A stretch of 64,000 nucleotides of DNA. Origin: Thermoanaerobaculia bacterium. Its GTDB lineage: Bacteria > Acidobacteriota > Thermoanaerobaculia > Multivoradales > Multivoraceae. Within the stretch, counting starts at the first letter, position 1, and each line of letters starts with the position of its first letter. The stretch lies in the NCBI GenBank assembly GCA_965116445.1, contig OZ220688.1:2639654-2703653 (forward strand). Direction: 5' to 3'. The position numbers and the translations under genes were made by a program. The notes beneath the pieces are model-generated. The model was not told the origin of the DNA and ran no database searches. It saw nothing but the letters and a program-made list of their open reading frames with translations. Shown piece by piece: positions 48,804 through 58,376 of the stretch.

Positions 48804-50011
48804 CTCGGCAGGTCGAAGAGCAGCGCGTCGACGAGTTGCCCGGCCCACAGACCGGCCGTCTCTCTCAGGAACGGCTCGCGGCCGAACATGCCCGTCTTGC
48901 ATGCTTCGAGAGCGGCCGCATCGGGCGGTTCCTCCAGCACTTCCGCGAGCGAATCGCGCACCAGCTCGAGCCCGCGTTCGACATGATCCGGGTGAGTGCC
49001 AAGGTAAACCGAAAGCGCGCCCGGATCGGTGCCGGCGCCAGCCAGCAGATCGACGTGGGTGGCGTAGGCCAGGCCCTCCTGTTCCCGAATGCGGTTCGGG
49101 ATCAGGCCGGCCAGGCCGTCCGAACCGAGCAGGATGCCGAGAGCGCGCAGCTCCGGCAGATCGGGATGCCGGCGAGCGACGGTGAAATGACCGGCGTACA
49201 CATGCGCCTGCTCCCGCGAACCGGTTGGGACCTCAATGCGTCGCTCGGGGCGACCGGGCGGCGCCGGCAGTTCGGCGGCGCGGATTCCGCCTTCGGCGGA
49301 TGCCGGCCAGATGGCCGGCGCACCCGGTGAGCCTGGCGAACTGCCACCACGAAAGCCCTCGAACAGTCGCTCCAGGTCCGCCAGCACCGCCTTCTCGTCG
49401 ATGTCGCCGGCCACGGCGATCACGCCGCCCCGCGCCAGGGACTCCTCGTGGAAGCGCCGGCAGTCTTCAGGCGAGAGACCCGCAAGCGATGCCGGCGTGC
49501 CCTGGCTCGGCGCCGCCAGCGGATGAGGGTGGTAGAGCTGATCGCGGAAGGCCCAGCCAGTGACCACTTCAGGCCGATCGGCCAGGCTCCGGAGTTCACC
49601 CAGGGTCTGAGACCGCAGCAGTTCGAACCGTGCCCGATCGAAGCCGGGTTCGAGCACCAACTCGGCCAGCCACCCAAGCGCCAGCCCGGCGTCGTCAGCC
49701 AGTGCGTCGACCGCAACGCCGTGGACCTCGGCGGTCGCCAGGCCGCTGAGCGACACGCCGCGTGCCTCCGCCTGTTCGGCGATCTCCCGCCACGTCCGGC
49801 GGGTACTGCCTTCAACCAGCATGCGGCCGCACAGCAGCGACAGGCCGGGCTGCGGCTGGAGACGAGCGCCGCCGCGCAGCCAGGCCCGCGCCGCGACGAC
49901 GCCGGAGCCCGGCACCCGTAACGCGGCAAGGCGGAGCCGGCCGGACCAGAGGTCGAGGCGCGAGGGCTCGCGCTCCACCGGCGGGAGCGGTGCGGACCGG
50001 CCGGTGCTCAC
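48668..50011 (-). CDS. M16-family peptidase, non-catalytic (beta-type) subunit
   Basis: M16 C-terminal-domain-like sequence without HxxEH. GTG start at 50009-50011 overlaps the stop of the upstream M16 gene (GTGA). Confidence 0.7.
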   Translation of the reverse strand: MSTGRSAPLPPVEREPSRLDLWSGRLRLAALRVPGSGVVAARAWLRGGARLQPQPGLSLLCGRMLVEGSTRRTWREIAEQAEARGVSLSGLATAEVHGVAVDALADDAGLALGWLAELVLEPGFDRARFELLRSQTLGELRSLADRPEVVTGWAFRDQLYHPHPLAAPSQGTPASLAGLSPEDCRRFHEESLARGGVIAVAGDIDEKAVLADLERLFEGFRGGSSPGSPGAPAIWPASAEGGIRAAELPAPPGRPERRIEVPTGSREQAHVYAGHFTVARRHPDLPELRALGILLGSDGLAGLIPNRIREQEGLAYATHVDLLAGAGTDPGALSVYLGTHPDHVERGLELVRDSLAEVLEEPPDAAALEACKTGMFGREPFLRETAGLWAGQLVDALLFDLPSYQRRWRLERIERLSPDGVFQAARRHLAPERMLVTVGLPEATATD

Positions 50012-51336
50012 GACGCGCCGGCCGGCAGCGACCAGCCGACGATCCGCGTCGCCGGGGACAGCCAGGCAGCGCAGGCATCCGAGACGTCCGCGGCGGTGGC
50101 GCGAGCGAGCACCTCGAACGAGTCCCGGCTGAAGCCAGGAAAGAAGAGGGCGTGCTCGACGGCGGCCGAAACCGCCCGCTCCGCGATCCGCTCGTGCATG
50201 AACACCCAGTCGGCGAACAGGACGCGCTTCGCCCTTTCGAGTTCCTCCACGGGCGGCGGGCTCGCGGCCAGACCGTCCACCCGCGTGCACACTTCCACCT
50301 CGAGCCGGGCGGGGTCGATTCCCGCCGCACCCTCCGCGGCCAGAGTCGACATGCCTCCGAGCCGATGACCGCTCGACCCGCAAGCGGCCCAGAGCGCCAA
50401 CGGGTCCTGCTCGACCAAGTCTCGCTGAATGCGACTCGCCCGTCCACTGGCGAGGACACACAGGGCGAGACGAACGTGGACGGAGGCCGGATCGTCGGCC
50501 GCCGGCGCCGGATACGCAACCAGGAGACGCGCCATCTCGCCGCGGCGCTGCTCGACCCGGCGGTCGGGCGCGACATCGAAGACCGGAGGCTCGACACGCC
50601 CCCGGTCCCCGGACGGCAGCGTGCCGCCAACGTCTTCCGAGCCGCCGTTCCCGGAGGCCCCCGCTCCCAGAGCGGCCTCGATGCGCTCCATCGCGTCCCG
50701 CGGCAATGCCCCGGCCGCGACCAGGACGGCTCTTTCGGGCCGGTAGTGACGGCGGTGGAACGAACCGAGGGAGGAGGCGTCCAGGCCGCGAAGGCTCGCC
50801 CTGGTACCGAGCACCGGCCGGCCGTAGGAATGGCCGCCGAAGAGGCGTCGCGCGACCGCCTGCTCCAGGGCGTCCCAGGGATCGTCCTCGACCATCCGGA
50901 TCTCCTCGAGAATGACCTCGCGCTCGCTCTCGACTTCCTCCGCCAGCAGGCTCAGGCCCCGCATCCGGTCGGCCTCGATCAGCAGCGCCTCGTCCCAGGA
51001 GCCACGGTCGAACTGGAAGTGATACGCACTGACGTCGTGCGACGTGAAGGCGTTGTTCGTGCCGCCGAGCCTCTGGGTCACGCTGTCGATCGCTCCCGGA
51101 GGGTACAGCGCCGACCCCTTGAACATCATGTGCTCCAGGAAGTGGGCGACACCGGTTTCGTTCGCCGCCTCGTCCCGGCTACCGGCGCGGTAGCAGAGGA
51201 CCGTGACGATCGATTCGGCGCCCGCCTGGGGCAGCAGGACGACGGACAGGCCGTTGTCCAGGGTCTGCGCCTCTGCGGTCACCCGATCGAACGCCCGCAG
51301 ATCGATCGTCGCGCCATGCCGCTCAGTGTTCGTCAC
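50008..51336 (-). CDS. M16-family zinc peptidase (pitrilysin/insulinase-like), catalytic subunit
   Basis: Inverted zinc motif HFLEHMMFKG (HxxEH) plus downstream E. Putative GTG start at 51334-51336 overlaps the stop of the metallophosphoesterase gene (GTGA); the ORF-track start at 51522 is probably over-extended. Confidence 0.75.
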   Translation of the reverse strand: MTNTERHGATIDLRAFDRVTAEAQTLDNGLSVVLLPQAGAESIVTVLCYRAGSRDEAANETGVAHFLEHMMFKGSALYPPGAIDSVTQRLGGTNNAFTSHDVSAYHFQFDRGSWDEALLIEADRMRGLSLLAEEVESEREVILEEIRMVEDDPWDALEQAVARRLFGGHSYGRPVLGTRASLRGLDASSLGSFHRRHYRPERAVLVAAGALPRDAMERIEAALGAGASGNGGSEDVGGTLPSGDRGRVEPPVFDVAPDRRVEQRRGEMARLLVAYPAPAADDPASVHVRLALCVLASGRASRIQRDLVEQDPLALWAACGSSGHRLGGMSTLAAEGAAGIDPARLEVEVCTRVDGLAASPPPVEELERAKRVLFADWVFMHERIAERAVSAAVEHALFFPGFSRDSFEVLARATAADVSDACAAWLSPATRIVGWSLPAGAS

Positions 51337-52175
51337 GACAGTTCGCAGTCGTGGACCGTTTCGACTTCGAAGCGGCCACGATCCTCCGACCAGGCCAGTT
51401 GCTCGACCCGGGCCCTGCGGCCGTCCGGCCCGACCTCCAGAGTGATCCAGTTGCAACTGTTCCTGCCCTGCTCCGCTCCCCGGCCGCGCCTGGAAGTCGA
51501 CGTCCCGCTGTGGACCAGCCACAGTCGTCGCGGGCAGTCCGGCGCCCTGCCCACGGCGGCAACGTGGACGTGGCCCGACAGGACCAGGTCGACACCGGCC
51601 TCGGCAAACGCTGCCAGCGCCTCGTCGCTGCGTCGAGCCGTGCGCCAGCCCATGAGTTCGGGAAGCGCCGCCAGCGGATGGTGGGCAACCGCGATCCGTA
51701 CCGGAGCTCCGGAGACCGGGTGCGCCCCGGGTGCCTGCCCCACGGCTCCTGACCGGCCCGAGCCGAACCGTTCGCCTACGTTCGCCAACTGTCTGCCCGT
51801 GAAACGGCCGTTGTCGATCGTCAGGTTGAACGCCGTATTGAAACCGACGACCTCCATCTCATCGTCCACGAAGACAGGCTCCAGATCGGTACTGAAATGC
51901 CGGCGGTAGGCGCCGTAGCGGTCGAAGAGCCGCTCCCAGAACCGGTACATGGGCACATCGTGATTGCCGGGTACGGCCAGAAAGGGAAGCCCCAGGCCTT
52001 CGAGAAACCGGCCTGCCCGGCGGAACTGCCCTGCCCTGGCGCGTTGGGTCAGGTCGCCCGATACGACGACCAGGTCGGGTCGGCGTTCCGCGACCAGCTC
52101 TTCCACGCCGGCCGCCGCCGGCTCGTAGTGGGGAGGCCCGAAGTGGATATCGGAAAGATGGAGGAGGCGGCGCAC
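51333..52175 (-). CDS. metallophosphoesterase (calcineurin-like phosphoesterase)
   Basis: LHLSDIHFG...VVVSGDLT...GNHD...HHP...GHVH are the metallophosphatase motifs I-V. Confidence 0.8.
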   Translation of the reverse strand: MRRLLHLSDIHFGPPHYEPAAAGVEELVAERRPDLVVVSGDLTQRARAGQFRRAGRFLEGLGLPFLAVPGNHDVPMYRFWERLFDRYGAYRRHFSTDLEPVFVDDEMEVVGFNTAFNLTIDNGRFTGRQLANVGERFGSGRSGAVGQAPGAHPVSGAPVRIAVAHHPLAALPELMGWRTARRSDEALAAFAEAGVDLVLSGHVHVAAVGRAPDCPRRLWLVHSGTSTSRRGRGAEQGRNSCNWITLEVGPDGRRARVEQLAWSEDRGRFEVETVHDCELS

Positions 52176-52198
52176 CGCGAAGCTGGCGGTTCTGGCTG

Positions 52199-52429
52199 CT
52201 AGCGAACGAGGAAACTGCGCACGCTCTCGTCGACCCGTTCGCCGGCCAGGTCACCGAGGACGCCCATGATCTCCCGCCCGCGGGCGCGCCCGATCAGAAA
52301 CCCGATCGACGCCGCCACCGCAACCGACGCCAGGGGATACGTCCGGACCAGGGACACCCAGTCGAGGCCGGGCGTCAGGCTGCCGACGATCCGATCCTCG
52401 ATCGCCGGCTGCTCAGGCGCGGCGGTCAC
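52199..52429 (-). CDS. small hydrophobic protein (putative membrane partner of the DUF883 protein)
   Basis: 76-aa ORF with a hydrophobic stretch (LASVAVAASIGFLIG), immediately downstream of and overlapping the DUF883 gene. Confidence 0.4.
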   Translation of the reverse strand: MTAAPEQPAIEDRIVGSLTPGLDWVSLVRTYPLASVAVAASIGFLIGRARGREIMGVLGDLAGERVDESVRSFLVR

Positions 52430-52802
52430 GGCGCAGGAGGAACCCTAAAACGAAGCCCACGCTGGCGGCGATCAGCACCGATCGGCCGGGGTTGTCTCGG
52501 ACATACACGTTCACGTCGCCGACCAACTGATCCACGTCCTTCCGCGCCCGCTCGTAGCCGGTACCGAGCTTCTCCCTGGCGACGCCGTACCCTTCGCGAG
52601 CTGCCTCGCCGGCCCGACCGGAGGCTTTCTTGACCCGGTCCGACAGCTTCGAATCGCGCATCCGCTCGCGCGCTGCGTCGACGCGGTGACTGACCGCGGA
52701 GCGCGCCTTCTCCACGCCCTCCGCTACGGCCTCGCGGGCCAGATCCATCGACGTCACGTTGCTGCTGTCGGCATCGCTCTCGTTCTTCTTGGCGTTGCTC
52801 AT
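52413..52802 (-). CDS. DUF883 family membrane-anchored protein (ElaB/YqjD-like)
   Basis: MSNAKKNESD...coiled/charged region...C-terminal TM anchor SVLIAASVGFVLGFLL. ATG at 52800-52802. Confidence 0.65.
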   Translation of the reverse strand: MSNAKKNESDADSSNVTSMDLAREAVAEGVEKARSAVSHRVDAARERMRDSKLSDRVKKASGRAGEAAREGYGVAREKLGTGYERARKDVDQLVGDVNVYVRDNPGRSVLIAASVGFVLGFLLRRDRRA

Positions 52803-52969
52803 GTCGGTTTCTTCCAGGAGTCGGAGGTCAGGTGTTGGCGCCCCTGGGCTTGGGGGGCGACGGCAACTATACACCCTCCGCTATAAGCACTCCGCCGCAA
52901 CGGCCGAGACAGCGGCCAGGCTGCTACACTCCGCCGCCCCGAGGCCCGGGGAACTCACGGGGCACTCGT

Positions 52970-53045
52970 GGGGCAGTAGCTCAGTTGGGAGAGCACCACG
53001 TTCGCAACGTGGGGGTCGAGGGTTCAAGTCCCTTCTGCTCCACCA
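52970..53045 (+). tRNA. tRNA-Ala (anticodon CGC), CCA encoded
   Basis: GGGGCAGTAGCTCAGTTGGGAGAGCACCACGTTCGCAACGTGGGGGTCGAGGGTTCAAGTCCCTTCTGCTCCACCA. It has the G3:U70 Ala identity pair and the anticodon loop TTCGCAA. Confidence 0.85.
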
Positions 53046-53091
53046 TTTCGCCCGTTCAACAACGAGGAGCGCCGGGCGCCCCCGCGAACGG

Positions 53092-53883
53092 CTAGAAGTT
53101 CGGGTTCTCTCCCTCAGGATCTTCCTGCGCGCGACCGACCATCGGAACGAGTCGCACGACATCGACCTGGCGGCGCACCAGGCCGTCCGCGGTCTTCCGG
53201 ATCACCACCAGATCCTGGAGGGTTCGACCGACTGGCGCCACCAGGATGCCGTCCACCTTGAGCTGCTCGAGCAGGGGCGGAGGCACCTCGGACGGCGCCG
53301 CCGAAACGAGGATGCGGTCGAACGGCGCTTCCTCGGGCCAACCGCGGTACCCGTCGTCCACCCGCACTTCGACGTTGCCGTAACCCAGGTCATCCAGCAC
53401 CGTACTCGCCCTGTCCGCCAGTTCGTCGATGATCTCGATCGAGTAGACCCGACGGGCCAGACGCGCCAGAACCGCCGTCGTGTAGCCCGAACCGGTACCG
53501 ATCTCCAGCAGCTTCTCGTCACCGTCCAGCTCCAGCAGGTCGGCCATCAGCGCCACCAGGTAGGGCTGCGACACGGTCTGGCCCGAGCCGATCCGCAGCG
53601 GTGCATCCCGGTACGCCTCGTCCTGCAGCGCCTCGGGCACGAATTCATGGCGGGGCACCGTCTCGAGCGCGTTCAGCAGCCGCGATTCCTCGATCCCGCG
53701 TCCGCGAATCTGCTCTTCGACCATCACCCTGCGTTGCGAGGCGAAGTCGTCGGTCCCGAAGTTCGGCTGCGCGGCGACCCCCAGGGGTACGCCCAAACAG
53801 GCCGCCGCGGCGACGACCCACTGACGGCCGGGGCGCGAACGCCGCGTCTCCCCCGTCCACGACAGTCTGATCAACGAGTACAC
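53092..53883 (-). CDS. pcm: protein-L-isoaspartate O-methyltransferase, with N-terminal signal sequence
   Basis: VSQPYLVALMADLLEL...LEIGTGSGYTTAVLARL...ILVSAAP are the SAM-binding and PCMT motifs. Confidence 0.8.
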   Translation of the reverse strand: MYSLIRLSWTGETRRSRPGRQWVVAAAACLGVPLGVAAQPNFGTDDFASQRRVMVEEQIRGRGIEESRLLNALETVPRHEFVPEALQDEAYRDAPLRIGSGQTVSQPYLVALMADLLELDGDEKLLEIGTGSGYTTAVLARLARRVYSIEIIDELADRASTVLDDLGYGNVEVRVDDGYRGWPEEAPFDRILVSAAPSEVPPPLLEQLKVDGILVAPVGRTLQDLVVIRKTADGLVRRQVDVVRLVPMVGRAQEDPEGENPNF

Positions 53884-53907
53884 GACTCCTTATGATAGGC
53901 AAATCCC

Positions 53908-55335
53908 GTGCCGGATCGTCGATCGCCGCCGAATCCTCGATCCCCGAAGGGCACTGCCGGACGGAACTCTCGCCGAAATCGATCGAAGGGCCGGCGCCGG
54001 GGCACAAGCAAGGAGGCCGAGCCTCGCCTGCGTTCGCTCGATCGCGTCAGGGAAGAGATCGCCGCGGCGGTGCGGCGGTCTCCGGCCGACGACACCGAGA
54101 TCGTGTGGCTGGAGAGCAGGCGCTGCCGAACGGGCCTGCACGTCCCGACCCTCGACGGCTACCGGCGACGCTCCCGTCAAGTCCTCGTCAGAGTGCGCGA
54201 CGGACGGCGCGCCGGCGCCCACCGCACCGGCGGCGGCCGCTCGGGTGAGCTCGACGGCCCGATCCGGCTGGCAATGGCGGCGGCGCGGGCTTCCGCCCCC
54301 GAGGCGACGCCCTCGCTGCCCGACCCGGGCGAGCCGCCACTCCCTTCGGTCGACGTTCACGACCCGGCTCTCGCTCGCCTCCACGCGGATGCCGCGCGGC
54401 GGCTGCTCAAGGCGGTCCTGAGAGACGACGAAGCGGCCGTCGTCGAGTGGACCGTAGGCCAGGCCGCGGTCGCCAACAGCCGCGAACTCGTGCGCGGCCA
54501 GCGAGCCACCGCGATCCAGGTCGAAGTGCGAAGCGGCAACGGTCCCGGCGCCGGCTTCGTCCGTCACGCCGCGCGCTCGATCGACGCACTGGATCTCGAC
54601 CGGCTGGTCGAGACGGCCCGCGCACGCAGGGCGCCGGACAACGGCGTCGGCAGGCCGCCCGACGGCGCCAGCGTGCTCCTTGCCCCGGAGGCGACCCTCG
54701 AGCTGCTGGAACTCCTGAACCTGCATGCCTTCTCTTCACGCTCGATCGTGCAGGGAGAGTCCTTCCTGCTCCAACACATGGGCGTCCAGGTCTTCGACCG
54801 GGGGCTCCACCTCCTGGACGACGGAGGCAGCGAACTCGGCCTGCCGTTTCCATTCGATCTGGAGGGGCGGACGAAGACGGCGGTCGAATTGGTCACCGCG
54901 GGCGTACCGAAGACGCCGGCTCTCGACACCGCGACCGCGGCCCGCGTCGGTCTCGAGCCCACCTGCAATTGCACGGGAGGCGAAGAGGCCTGTCCACTGA
55001 ACATGTTCCTCGGCTCGGGCGACCACAACGACCCCTCCCTGTTCGAGATCGCGGACGGCGGCATCTGGATCAGTCGACTGGACGAGGTCGAGTGCTTCGA
55101 CCCCGGACGGATGCGCGTCAGGGCCAGGGCCCGCGGCGTCCGCCGCGTCCGAGACGGCCGGCTGGGCGAACCCGTGGTCGACCTGGTCTGGGAGGACAGT
55201 CTCCTACGGGTCCTGTCCAACCTGCTGGCTATCGGAGCAACCTGCTACTCCCGCACCTCGCGCGACGGTTTCCTGGGCGGGACGACGGCCCCCGCGCTGG
55301 TCGTCAGCGAGGTGGACGGCCTGGCGCCCGCCTAG
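53908..55335 (+). CDS. TldD/PmbA family metalloprotease
   Basis: C-terminal PmbA_TldD signature (...TCNCTGGEEACPLNMFLGSG...GIWISRLDEVE...). The start is uncertain: the first ~35 aa are Arg-rich, and the divergent pcm start is only 24 bp away, so the true start is probably further downstream. Confidence 0.7.
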   Translation: MPDRRSPPNPRSPKGTAGRNSRRNRSKGRRRGTSKEAEPRLRSLDRVREEIAAAVRRSPADDTEIVWLESRRCRTGLHVPTLDGYRRRSRQVLVRVRDGRRAGAHRTGGGRSGELDGPIRLAMAAARASAPEATPSLPDPGEPPLPSVDVHDPALARLHADAARRLLKAVLRDDEAAVVEWTVGQAAVANSRELVRGQRATAIQVEVRSGNGPGAGFVRHAARSIDALDLDRLVETARARRAPDNGVGRPPDGASVLLAPEATLELLELLNLHAFSSRSIVQGESFLLQHMGVQVFDRGLHLLDDGGSELGLPFPFDLEGRTKTAVELVTAGVPKTPALDTATAARVGLEPTCNCTGGEEACPLNMFLGSGDHNDPSLFEIADGGIWISRLDEVECFDPGRMRVRARARGVRRVRDGRLGEPVVDLVWEDSLLRVLSNLLAIGATCYSRTSRDGFLGGTTAPALVVSEVDGLAPA

Positions 55336-56942
55336 GCCGCCCGACAGCGGATCAGCACGACGGTCTGGTCGTCGCCCTGCGGCAGGCCGGCCCCGAAGCG
55401 GCTGACATCGTCGTCGATCGCCTGAATGATCTCGGACAGCGGCCGCTCGCGCCTCTCTCGCAGGAAGGACTCGAGCCGGTCCTGCCCGTACTCTTCGTCG
55501 GCCCGCGACGCGCACTCCGTGATGCCGTCGCTGTAGAGACACATGAGGTCTCCCGGTTCCATCCCCACCTCGTCGACCCGGTAAGTGGCGTTCGGCAGCA
55601 GACCCAGGGGCAGGCCGCTGGCGCCGAGGGCAGTCACTTCGCCGCTCCGGCGCACCAGCAGCCCGGGGTTGTGTCCGGCGTTGACGTAGCGGACCGAGCG
55701 GTCCCGCGGATCGACCTCGGCCAGGATCAGGGTGATGAAGCGGTTGCTCGCGCTCGACTCGACGATGTGCTTGTTCAGGCGTTCGAAGAGTTCGGCCGAT
55801 GTCTCCACCCCGACGCTCTCGCCGCCGAAGCGGGAGTCGTCGACCAGGAGGCGGAGCGCCGAATCCAGGGTCGATACGAGGAGGGCGGCCGGCATCCCCT
55901 TGCCCGTCACATCGGCGACCACCACCCCCCGACGCAAGCCCTTGAGTTGCAGCGAACCGTAGTAGTCGCCGCCAACCTGGCGGGACGGCCGGCTCCAGCC
56001 CGCGGTTTCGAAGCTCCCGACATCAGGCATGTCGGACGGCAGGATGCGCTGCTGAATCTCGGCCGCGAGCTCCACCTCCCGCTCCAGCCGCTCCTTCTCG
56101 AGCGCCTGGCGATGGAGGTTCGCGTTGGTCAAGGCGATGCCGGCCTGATTCGCGAACAGGGACAGCGCGCGATGGTCGGAAGCGGCAAACGGTCCGATGC
56201 CGGTGCGGCTCTCCTTGTCGGCAACCACCAGCAGGCCGACGCTGCCGCGGCCTCCGTCGCCTTCGATCGCCACCGCCAGCGAGTGCTCCGCGTCCGGAAT
56301 CACGCCAGCCGCCGCCGCCTCGAGCGCGTCTGCGTCCGAGCCGCCGGCTGCCGGCGCATCGAGAACCTCCCGGGCGCCGCCGCCGATCGTTCCCGTCAGG
56401 GCCAGCCAACCCTCCGCGTTCCGCAGGTAGAAGGCGCCGCGGCGGGCGTCCAGCAGAGACACGGCCCGGAGCAGAATCTCCTCGGTCAGTTCTTCCAGGT
56501 TCAGGGTCGAGGCGATCGCCAACCCCACGTCGTACACCGCCTGCAGGGTGACCACGTTGTAGTTGTCGTGGAACTTGCGGTCCTTGAGTTCGTCCGCCAG
56601 CTCGCGCAGCCGCAGACCCACAGCCAGGATCCCGGCGAGTTCGCGCCCCTCCGGCGGCCGACCACCGGCGCCGCCGGCATGGCCCGCCGTCTCGTCGCTC
56701 CCCGCGTAGTAGAGCACCAGGTTGTGTTCGAGGCGGTGCTGCCGCTTGCCCAGGACGCCCCAGGACGCCACGGGTCCCCCGTCCGGGCGGTAAATCTGGG
56801 CGCCATCGAGGCCGTGCGCCTCGCACCACTGCCTCACCAGGCGCGTCTGGACCGCGCCGCTCTCCCAGTCGGCGACATCCGCCGCGGCCGCCAGCCGCCA
56901 CAGGTCACCGACGCCTCCCGAGCGACTCGCTGCCGGCCTCAC
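55332..56942 (-). CDS. GAF-domain PP2C-type serine phosphatase (RsbU/SpoIIE-like)
   Basis: N-terminal region, a GAF-like middle, and the C-terminal PP2C/SpoIIE fold (GGDYYGS...VVADVTGKGMPAAL...LILAEVD...NAGHNPGLL...LYSDGITE). Confidence 0.8.
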   Translation of the reverse strand: MRPAASRSGGVGDLWRLAAAADVADWESGAVQTRLVRQWCEAHGLDGAQIYRPDGGPVASWGVLGKRQHRLEHNLVLYYAGSDETAGHAGGAGGRPPEGRELAGILAVGLRLRELADELKDRKFHDNYNVVTLQAVYDVGLAIASTLNLEELTEEILLRAVSLLDARRGAFYLRNAEGWLALTGTIGGGAREVLDAPAAGGSDADALEAAAAGVIPDAEHSLAVAIEGDGGRGSVGLLVVADKESRTGIGPFAASDHRALSLFANQAGIALTNANLHRQALEKERLEREVELAAEIQQRILPSDMPDVGSFETAGWSRPSRQVGGDYYGSLQLKGLRRGVVVADVTGKGMPAALLVSTLDSALRLLVDDSRFGGESVGVETSAELFERLNKHIVESSASNRFITLILAEVDPRDRSVRYVNAGHNPGLLVRRSGEVTALGASGLPLGLLPNATYRVDEVGMEPGDLMCLYSDGITECASRADEEYGQDRLESFLRERRERPLSEIIQAIDDDVSRFGAGLPQGDDQTVVLIRCRAA

Positions 56943-56961
56943 CGCTCGGCAGTCCGCCCAG

Positions 56962-57321
56962 TCAGGACGTACCCGACTGAAGCTCGGTGACCGCCGCCTG
57001 CTCGTCCGGATAGATCGTCGAGTACTGCGCGAGACCCATGATGTGGAACGTCTTCTCGATCGTCGGCGTGAGGTTGCAGAAGGACAGGCGCCCCTTCACT
57101 TCGAGCATCTTCTCGATGATCTCGATCAGGATCGAGATCCCGATCGAGTTGACGATCTTCGTGCCCCGGAGGTTGAGCAGCAACGATCGATAGCCGTCAT
57201 CGAGCAGCGCATAGGCGGCCTCCGCGATCTCCTCGCCCCCCTGGTTGTTGATGTAGCCGTCCGTATAGATCACCGCCAGTTCCTGGCGGCGCTCCACATC
57301 CAACTTCAGACCCTCCGTCAT
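56962..57321 (-). CDS. STAS-domain anti-sigma-factor antagonist (RsbV/SpoIIAA-like)
   Basis: 119 aa. LAVIYTDGYINNQGGEEI...LLLNLRGTKIVNSIGISILIE... is the STAS fold with a conserved phosphorylatable Ser region. Confidence 0.8.
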   Translation of the reverse strand: MTEGLKLDVERRQELAVIYTDGYINNQGGEEIAEAAYALLDDGYRSLLLNLRGTKIVNSIGISILIEIIEKMLEVKGRLSFCNLTPTIEKTFHIMGLAQYSTIYPDEQAAVTELQSGTS

Positions 57322-57351
57322 GGACCCAGCTCAACTCCCTCGCGCAAAACG

Positions 57352-57795
57352 TCAGCGCGCCTTGGACATGACGACCGACGTGCCGCCCTCACCCGAGAGC
57401 ACGTTCACTTCGTCCATCAAGCCCTCGATGATCTTCAAGCCCCACCCGCGCTTGCGGATCGCCTTGAGATTGTCTTCGATTCTCGGTTGTACCACCCTGG
57501 AGCGGTCGAATCCGATTCCCTGGTCCTGGATGGTGATCCGCAACACCCGCGGCTCCTCCGCCTCGGCCGGCCCCAGCACCGCCAGTTCGAGATGCAACTG
57601 GCCGTCGGCGGCGCGGCTGTGTTCGATCGCGTTGATGCACGCCTCGACCACCGCCATGCCCACTTCCTCGACCTTGTCGGTGCTCATCCGTATGGACTTC
57701 GCCACCGCGCAGGCCCTGGCACGCGCCTCAAGCTCCATTTCAGGCGCGAGCCTGAACGTCAGGTGAGTTTCTTCGAGTACTCCGAACTCAGACAT
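57352..57795 (-). CDS. anti-sigma regulatory factor, Ser-protein kinase (RsbW/SpoIIAB-like HATPase_c)
   Basis: EACINAIEHS (N-box), DQGIGF (G1) and GWGLKII (G2). Start at the internal ATG giving MSEFGV... Confidence 0.75.
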   Translation of the reverse strand: MSEFGVLEETHLTFRLAPEMELEARARACAVAKSIRMSTDKVEEVGMAVVEACINAIEHSRAADGQLHLELAVLGPAEAEEPRVLRITIQDQGIGFDRSRVVQPRIEDNLKAIRKRGWGLKIIEGLMDEVNVLSGEGGTSVVMSKAR

Positions 57796-57885
57796 GGAGA
57801 AAGAAGCAACGAGGGCCGAAGCAACCACCCTAGGAGCGTGCGCAACAGAGCATGAGGTGCCCCGATCTTCGGGCCGCGCAAGATG

Positions 57886-58101
57886 TCAGGCGGTCAGAAA
57901 CAGCTTCAGGCAGTAGACCACCATCGGATGGAGCTGATCGTTCAACAGGAACCATACGAAACTCGCGACGACCGCAGAAGACCAGAACACCCCGGCCGGA
58001 ATCGAACTGAAGACCCAGTACAGAAAGCCTGACGGAGCCGTCGACCCGGATACAGCCGCGCTCCCACGGTCCAAAAAACTGAACGGTGACCCTACCATCA
58101 T
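57886..58101 (-). CDS. small membrane protein (~71 aa, 2 TM) in a locally low-GC segment
   Basis: MMVGSPFSFLDRGSAAVSGSTAPSGFLYWVFSSIPAGVFWSSAVVASFVWFLLNDQLHPMVVYCLKLFLTA. The DNA here is visibly less GC-rich than its flanks. Confidence 0.4.
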   Translation of the reverse strand: MMVGSPFSFLDRGSAAVSGSTAPSGFLYWVFSSIPAGVFWSSAVVASFVWFLLNDQLHPMVVYCLKLFLTA

Positions 58102-58351
58102 GCCGACCTCCCTTCGGTGCCCTCCTTCAAAGCAAGTCCGCTGCCAACGGTGGCCGACCTCCGTCAAAGGGCCGACTTGTAGGCCTGACGGGCTTTCGCG
58201 GATGACCGGGGCAGCCCGGTGGCGACTCACGGAATGGGCCGAAATGTCCCATCCGGGTCGTTGCGGCCCTCGGGACGCAGGACTGGACCGGCCACCACGT
58301 CACGCCCCAGAACCAAACGGGGCACTATGGCTCATATAGGGACACGACGCC

Positions 58352-58368
58352 CCGCACGGCCCGTGCGG
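58352..58368. terminator. Perfect 7-8-bp GC hairpin (CCGCACGG C CCGTGCGG) 9 nt downstream of the sigma-54 activator stop; no U-tract
   Basis: Read directly. Placement fits an intrinsic-terminator-like structure for the minus-strand regulator gene. Confidence 0.25.
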
Positions 58369-58376
58369 GCGACGGA

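Noticed and set aside
58231-58376. sigma-54 promoter for the partner-switching operon in the gap downstream of the activator gene
   Set aside because: The only GG...GC candidates on the minus strand have 17-18-nt spacing instead of 10, so there is no acceptable -24/-12 match. Only a GC hairpin is present, reported as terminator-like.
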